Assembly (NCBI GenBank): GCA_048937405.1
Contig: JBHLNF010000009.1
Coordinates: 32,001 to 96,000 of the forward strand
Source of the DNA: Promethearchaeota archaeon
GTDB lineage: Archaea > Asgardarchaeota > Lokiarchaeia > Sigyniarchaeales > SOKP01
Direction: 5' to 3'
DNA: 64,000 bases
Shown here: positions 59,585-64,000 of the stretch, piece after piece
Numbering within the stretch: position 1 is the first letter of the stretch
How the letters are laid out: each line of letters begins with the position of its first letter
Notes under the pieces: model-generated
Database searches by the model: none
Seen by the model: only the letters and a program-made list of their open reading frames with translations
What the model was told of the DNA's origin: nothing
Made by a program: the position numbers and the translations under genes

Positions 59585-59772
59585 TTTTTGAATCTCTGAA
59601 AATTTTCATTTAAAATATAAAAAGTATTAGATTTAAATCTAATTTTAATTGAGATTTAAAATTTATCTATTGGATTTATAATTTTTATATTGAATGGAAT
59701 AGAAACCTTTAGATAGCCATCTTCAAGTAGAAATAGAATTGAAAATCTAAGTTTTTAATAGATAAAATATGG

Positions 59773-60999
59773 CTATTTATTATTCAATGAATCTCTAATT
59801 TCTTTAGCTGCTATGTGAGGTAATTTTCTAGCAACTCGCATATCATCAGCCATCTCAGCACCCCCAATTACTTCATGTGGGATAATATCAGCAAACAAAT
59901 GAAAATCCGCATCATAACCATATGGACAACAATTAAACAAAATATTACGATTTTTTTCAATTTTTAAGTCATCTAATGCTTGAAAAATCATTTTAAGTGA
60001 TACTGCTAAATCTTCAATTTGATTGATTTTTAGCTGAGAAAATCTTCGTAAATGTTCATTTGGATGAAATCTTATGTGATAATTTCTTACTGGGCTTCCT
60101 GTAGTATAAAAAGTCCAAAATTCTGTTTCTAATATGATACGATCAGATCCTCCATGAGTACTTCTACATAAGTGACACTTATCACCCATTTCTTTAAAAG
60201 CTTCTAAATATCCCTCCAACCTGCTTCCATGACCATCCATATTTAAATCAATATAAGTTTGACTATGAATTCGAGGTTGAGAACCCCCAACTTTAGATCC
60301 GATATTAAAAAAGGGCATTACTGGAATATCATAATAATCTCTCTCTATAGCCTCTTCAATGCAATAAAGGATTGCTGCTTTCATAGAAAGAAAGATGCCA
60401 GTTAAGACATCTACAGGTATTAAATTAAAACATAGAGAAGGATAAAAATCTCGAGAAATTGTTACTAAATTAATTCCTATTGACAGTTTTAAATGAGAAG
60501 GAAGGTTTTTTACAATATTATCATAAATATCGGGATCTATTATTCTTACCATTGAAGGATATCTATTGATTAAAGTAAGAGCTTTACAATCATCTGGAAT
60601 CCTTTCTACTTGATGAGGTGTTCCCAAAAAGGGATTATCTCTCCTCATTTCATCTTGAGTTATAATTATAGTATGACCATCACTGAGAGCTTTTCCCCTG
60701 TCATCATGAACAATTTTCCCCTCTATAATAGAACTAAACACATCCTTGCAGTCATTCAAAACCTTATTGGAACAATCTGAGAATTTGTCTTCTCCTTCGT
60801 CAGTCTTAAATCCTCGAGGTCTTTCACTTCGTATAGGGCTGATATAAGAATAGCGACCAAAGTATCTTGGACGTTCTTTTCTAAGACCAAAACCCTCAGT
60901 TTGTATTATTCGAGTTGATAAAGGATCCCATCTTTTAATTGGAACATCATAGGTGGTTTTATTATTAAAATTTTCTTTATTTATTATACCCCATTCCAT
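59773..60999 (-). CDS. GalT/HIT-superfamily nucleotidyltransferase-like protein
   Basis: RWDP, RKERP, NRYP, GGSQPRIHSQ, CHLC and GGAEM, matching the archaeal GalT-like layout. Confidence 0.6.
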   Translation of the reverse strand: MEWGIINKENFNNKTTYDVPIKRWDPLSTRIIQTEGFGLRKERPRYFGRYSYISPIRSERPRGFKTDEGEDKFSDCSNKVLNDCKDVFSSIIEGKIVHDDRGKALSDGHTIIITQDEMRRDNPFLGTPHQVERIPDDCKALTLINRYPSMVRIIDPDIYDNIVKNLPSHLKLSIGINLVTISRDFYPSLCFNLIPVDVLTGIFLSMKAAILYCIEEAIERDYYDIPVMPFFNIGSKVGGSQPRIHSQTYIDLNMDGHGSRLEGYLEAFKEMGDKCHLCRSTHGGSDRIILETEFWTFYTTGSPVRNYHIRFHPNEHLRRFSQLKINQIEDLAVSLKMIFQALDDLKIEKNRNILFNCCPYGYDADFHLFADIIPHEVIGGAEMADDMRVARKLPHIAAKEIRDSLNNK

Positions 61000-61223
61000 A
61001 AATTCAGTATTATAATGGTTAGATTTTTCTTTTTTTTTAGAAATATAAATAACCTCTATTCTTTTTTAGCTTAGATTTTATATATATTACAACAATGCTA
61101 TATATTATTTACTCCCTTTAGAAATTATAAGTATTGCTGATATATAAAAAAAAGAAAAAAAAGGGGTGAACCTTTTTCTATTCAACCTATACTATAACTA
61201 TAAAGAGCTGGAGTTGTAATTTC

Positions 61224-61514
61224 TTAATACTCTAATCTTTTAATAATTTTGTAGGTTTTAAACTCACGAACTGGTTGATCCTTATCATTTAAACGCTCAA
61301 TTGGTACCCTTACAAAATTTTCGTCATCAAAATCTTCGATTTCAGTCTCTTTATATTTCGCCATAGTATCAGCCATCTTCAGCTCTCGAAGTAAGAAATC
61401 TCTAACAGCCACTCGAATCAATTCTGATCTTGAGGGATATAGACCATTTTCTCCAACTAATTTTTCAATACTATCGAGATAAGATTCAGGAATATTAACA
61501 GTTACTATTTTCAT
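61224..61514 (-). CDS. Ribbon-helix-helix (CopG/Arc/MetJ) regulator
   Basis: MKIVTVNIPESYLDSIEKLV..GLYPSRSELIRVAVRDFL. Confidence 0.88.
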   Translation of the reverse strand: MKIVTVNIPESYLDSIEKLVGENGLYPSRSELIRVAVRDFLLRELKMADTMAKYKETEIEDFDDENFVRVPIERLNDKDQPVREFKTYKIIKRLEY

Positions 61515-61993
61515 AATATCACATTATATCAGTTGTTAAATTTACCAAATTTAAAATCCGGCAAAATGACTAAAGCTATTTAAAAAACTACCGCCTTAAA
61601 CCACATTTTTTTTTATAAGTTATTTTATTACACATTAATATATAAAGTTAAGTTTTTATCGGATTAATATATTTAAAGAAAGACATATTAGTCATTTCTT
61701 AAATATTCCAAATATGGTATTAATGTATTAATCTTTAAAATGTTTTTATACTCCTCAAATTTAAAGATATTTTAAGTATTTATTTATTTATTTATTTTGG
61801 TTAAAAAAATTTTATTATCCTTCATATTAAAAATAAAAAATAGTGAAAAAAATAAGGAAATAAATAAATAATGTTCATAAATATTAAAATACTTAAAAAT
61901 TCTTTAGTTTAAATAATTATATATTTAAACAAAATTATAAAATAATCCACAAAGAAAAATAATGTTCTTTTTCCAGGTTTTTAATTGTCTATT

Positions 61994-63046
61994 TTAGTAC
62001 TCTTCTTCTAAATTCACAATATTAAGAAAATCTTGACGATTTTGAGCTGCTCGAGCAATATTCTCGATTAGTTCATTCCATCTTAGTAAATCATTAAATG
62101 GAGAATAACCTCTATGGGGCGAAAGTATAATATTATCTAATGTATGAAAAGGAAAATTATAGGGAAATTTTTTTCCTTCTTTATCACTTTCTGGAGAATA
62201 TTTATACCAAACATCAATAGCAGCTCCTTGAATAACTTTTTCTTTCAATGCATAGAATAAATCTTCCTCATTAATTATTTCACCTCTACTGACATTCACT
62301 AAAATACCATTTATGCCTAAAAGTTCAAGCTCGTTTCTACCAATCATTTTTTTTGTTAAAGAAGTAGCTGGAATAGCTATAATTAAAATATCAATATCTT
62401 TAAGAAACTGATCAAGTTGAGGGAAATCATATCTTTTTGTATTTTTTGGTAATGGCTTTTCTTGTTTTTCCCAATGTTTTCTTAAAATCGAAAATTCAAT
62501 ATCAAATCCACTTAAAAAACAATGTACTTTTTGATTTATAGCACCATATCCAAGTAATCCAACTTTTTTATATCTTAAGGGAATTGAAGCAGCATTTTCA
62601 TCTCCCGTGCGCCATTTGCCTTGACGCATCCATTCATGATGTTGAACTATTTTATTCATTAATGTTAAAAGAAGTGCAACTGTATGTTGAGCAACAAAAT
62701 AAGAATTTCCATGACCATTGATGAGTAGTACACTCCTATTTTTGTTAATTTCTCGAAATATTTCTATAAGATTTTGAATACCAGCACCAGGATTAATAAA
62801 TATCTTTAGATTGGTAGCCCTTAACAATAATTCTTTTGTAGGACGCCAACCTATCAATATATCTGCAATTGATATAATTTCATCCAGATTTTCCTTAAAT
62901 TTATCATTTCTAAAATTTAGATTAATATTATCATAATCTTTCAATTTTTCTATGATATATTCTTTAGTCTGTTCAGGAATATTAGATATAAAACAAACAT
63001 TAATTTTTTTTTTTATACTATTGATTTCTTTAGTTGATTCATTCAT
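61994..63046 (-). CDS. D-isomer-specific 2-hydroxyacid dehydrogenase
   Basis: GLLGYGAIN, VNVSRGEII, AAIDVW, LSPH. Confidence 0.88.
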   Translation of the reverse strand: MNESTKEINSIKKKINVCFISNIPEQTKEYIIEKLKDYDNINLNFRNDKFKENLDEIISIADILIGWRPTKELLLRATNLKIFINPGAGIQNLIEIFREINKNRSVLLINGHGNSYFVAQHTVALLLTLMNKIVQHHEWMRQGKWRTGDENAASIPLRYKKVGLLGYGAINQKVHCFLSGFDIEFSILRKHWEKQEKPLPKNTKRYDFPQLDQFLKDIDILIIAIPATSLTKKMIGRNELELLGINGILVNVSRGEIINEEDLFYALKEKVIQGAAIDVWYKYSPESDKEGKKFPYNFPFHTLDNIILSPHRGYSPFNDLLRWNELIENIARAAQNRQDFLNIVNLEEEY

Positions 63047-63203
63047 AATTCAAGATCATTATAATTTATGCTCTAAAATATATTAGGATTTATTTTATAT
63101 CAAATAGAATATTCTTAATTCAAATAAATTTTTATATACAATTGGTTGTTATAATAACAAATATCTTTAATTCAAAATAATTTAGGTTAGAAAGGTAGAT
63201 GTA

Positions 63204-64000
63204 ATGTCACAACAAAAGCTTTTTAATATTTTTGTGAATAAGTTGGAATTCGATCCCTTGGAATACTTGGTTTCCAGTGAAGAGCAAGAACTTACTGAGT
63301 TTCAGAAGAAAATGATTGAAAATGCAACAACAATCATGAAAGATAATATAATAGGAGAAATCAAAGCATTTGGTGGAAATCTCAAAGTAAATGAGGAAAA
63401 ATTTAAGGAATTTGAAAAAAAGCTTGATGAGGAATTAAAAAATGAAGAATTCGAGGATATCAAGAAAGAATTAAAGAGTTATCCTAAAAAACTACGAGAA
63501 TTAATTGAAAAAACTTGTGTAGCTATAGTTCCTGTAAAGGAAATGCCTTGGGTTGATTTAATATTTCGAACAATACCTCGTATTGTATTTAATGAAAAAT
63601 TAGAATTATTAGATAATATTATTGCTTATTATGGAGAAATTAAATGTGTAATTTCACGTCCAATAATTTTTGGGAAAATGAAGAATGAAAAACCATTATT
63701 TGCTCCAATAATGGGAAATATTGATTTAGGAGGGTATAAATTAGATGATACTCAGAAAGGGTCAAAAGCTCAAATTTTATCTTATATTTCTGCTATAATT
63801 GATTCACTTGATTCTAACATAAATAAAAATCATCTGGCAAAATATCATGAAGGATATCAAAGACATGGAGATCCAATTTGTGATTTTTTAATGAATAATA
63901 ATGAATTGATGAATTCCTTGGAACGGATTAGTTCTGGTATTGAATCAGAAAGAATAGCTTCAGATATTGCAGTATGCTGTATAGCAATTCCTCAAGTTGC
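63204..64000 (+). CDS. Hypothetical protein, truncated by the window end
   Basis: ATG 63204 after AAGGT; open frame MSQQKLFNIFVNKLEFDPLEY... runs to the end without a stop. Confidence 0.75.
   Translation, partial: MSQQKLFNIFVNKLEFDPLEYLVSSEEQELTEFQKKMIENATTIMKDNIIGEIKAFGGNLKVNEEKFKEFEKKLDEELKNEEFEDIKKELKSYPKKLRELIEKTCVAIVPVKEMPWVDLIFRTIPRIVFNEKLELLDNIIAYYGEIKCVISRPIIFGKMKNEKPLFAPIMGNIDLGGYKLDDTQKGSKAQILSYISAIIDSLDSNINKNHLAKYHEGYQRHGDPICDFLMNNNELMNSLERISSGIESERIASDIAVCCIAIPQV

Noticed and set aside
61520-61990. Very AT-rich intergenic region with TATT runs and a 12-bp inverted repeat (possible origin or MITE)
   Set aside because: Such repeats are expected by chance at this AT content; no ORB boxes or cdc6/orc1 nearby.
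1-64000. CRISPR arrays, tRNA or rRNA genes
   Set aside because: I saw no regularly spaced repeats and no GC-rich structured segments; tRNAscan-SE or Infernal would be the definitive check.

Overview
This is a strongly AT-rich archaeal window, most likely from an Asgard archaeon (Lokiarchaeia/Promethearchaeota). The evidence is RadA, a tRNA splicing endonuclease, a TFB paralog, an Arf/Rag-like small GTPase and a protein with an IPGY-TM-basic (Loki-CTERM-like) tail. Main blocks: (1) a stress/energy cluster with 2 USPs, a P3A H+-ATPase, glucan phosphorylase, a K+-independent H+-PPase, DUF47, the GTPase, ArsR, Lrp, TFB and SPFH; (2) a GCS2 ligase/GGCT/class-I GATase operon; (3) 2-hydroxyacyl-CoA dehydratase genes split by a solo tnpB with a Fanzor-like rearranged RuvC; (4) a complete A/V-type ATPase operon (K-C-H-F-E-A-B-D-I) plus a second subunit A with an Arg->Pro change in the catalytic motif; (5) housekeeping genes; (6) a glycogen/NDP-sugar cluster that includes a PGM-like pseudoenzyme and is interrupted by accessory genes. 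The most striking signal is that at least six apparently intact genes, including three ATP synthase subunits, have no ATG/GTG/TTG where homology requires the protein to start. They have ATA/ATT/ATC/ACG 6-10 nt after a GGTG-type Shine-Dalgarno motif, which suggests systematic SD-dependent initiation at near-cognate codons. I saw no rRNA, tRNA or CRISPR array. All family assignments are from motifs read by eye, not database searches.
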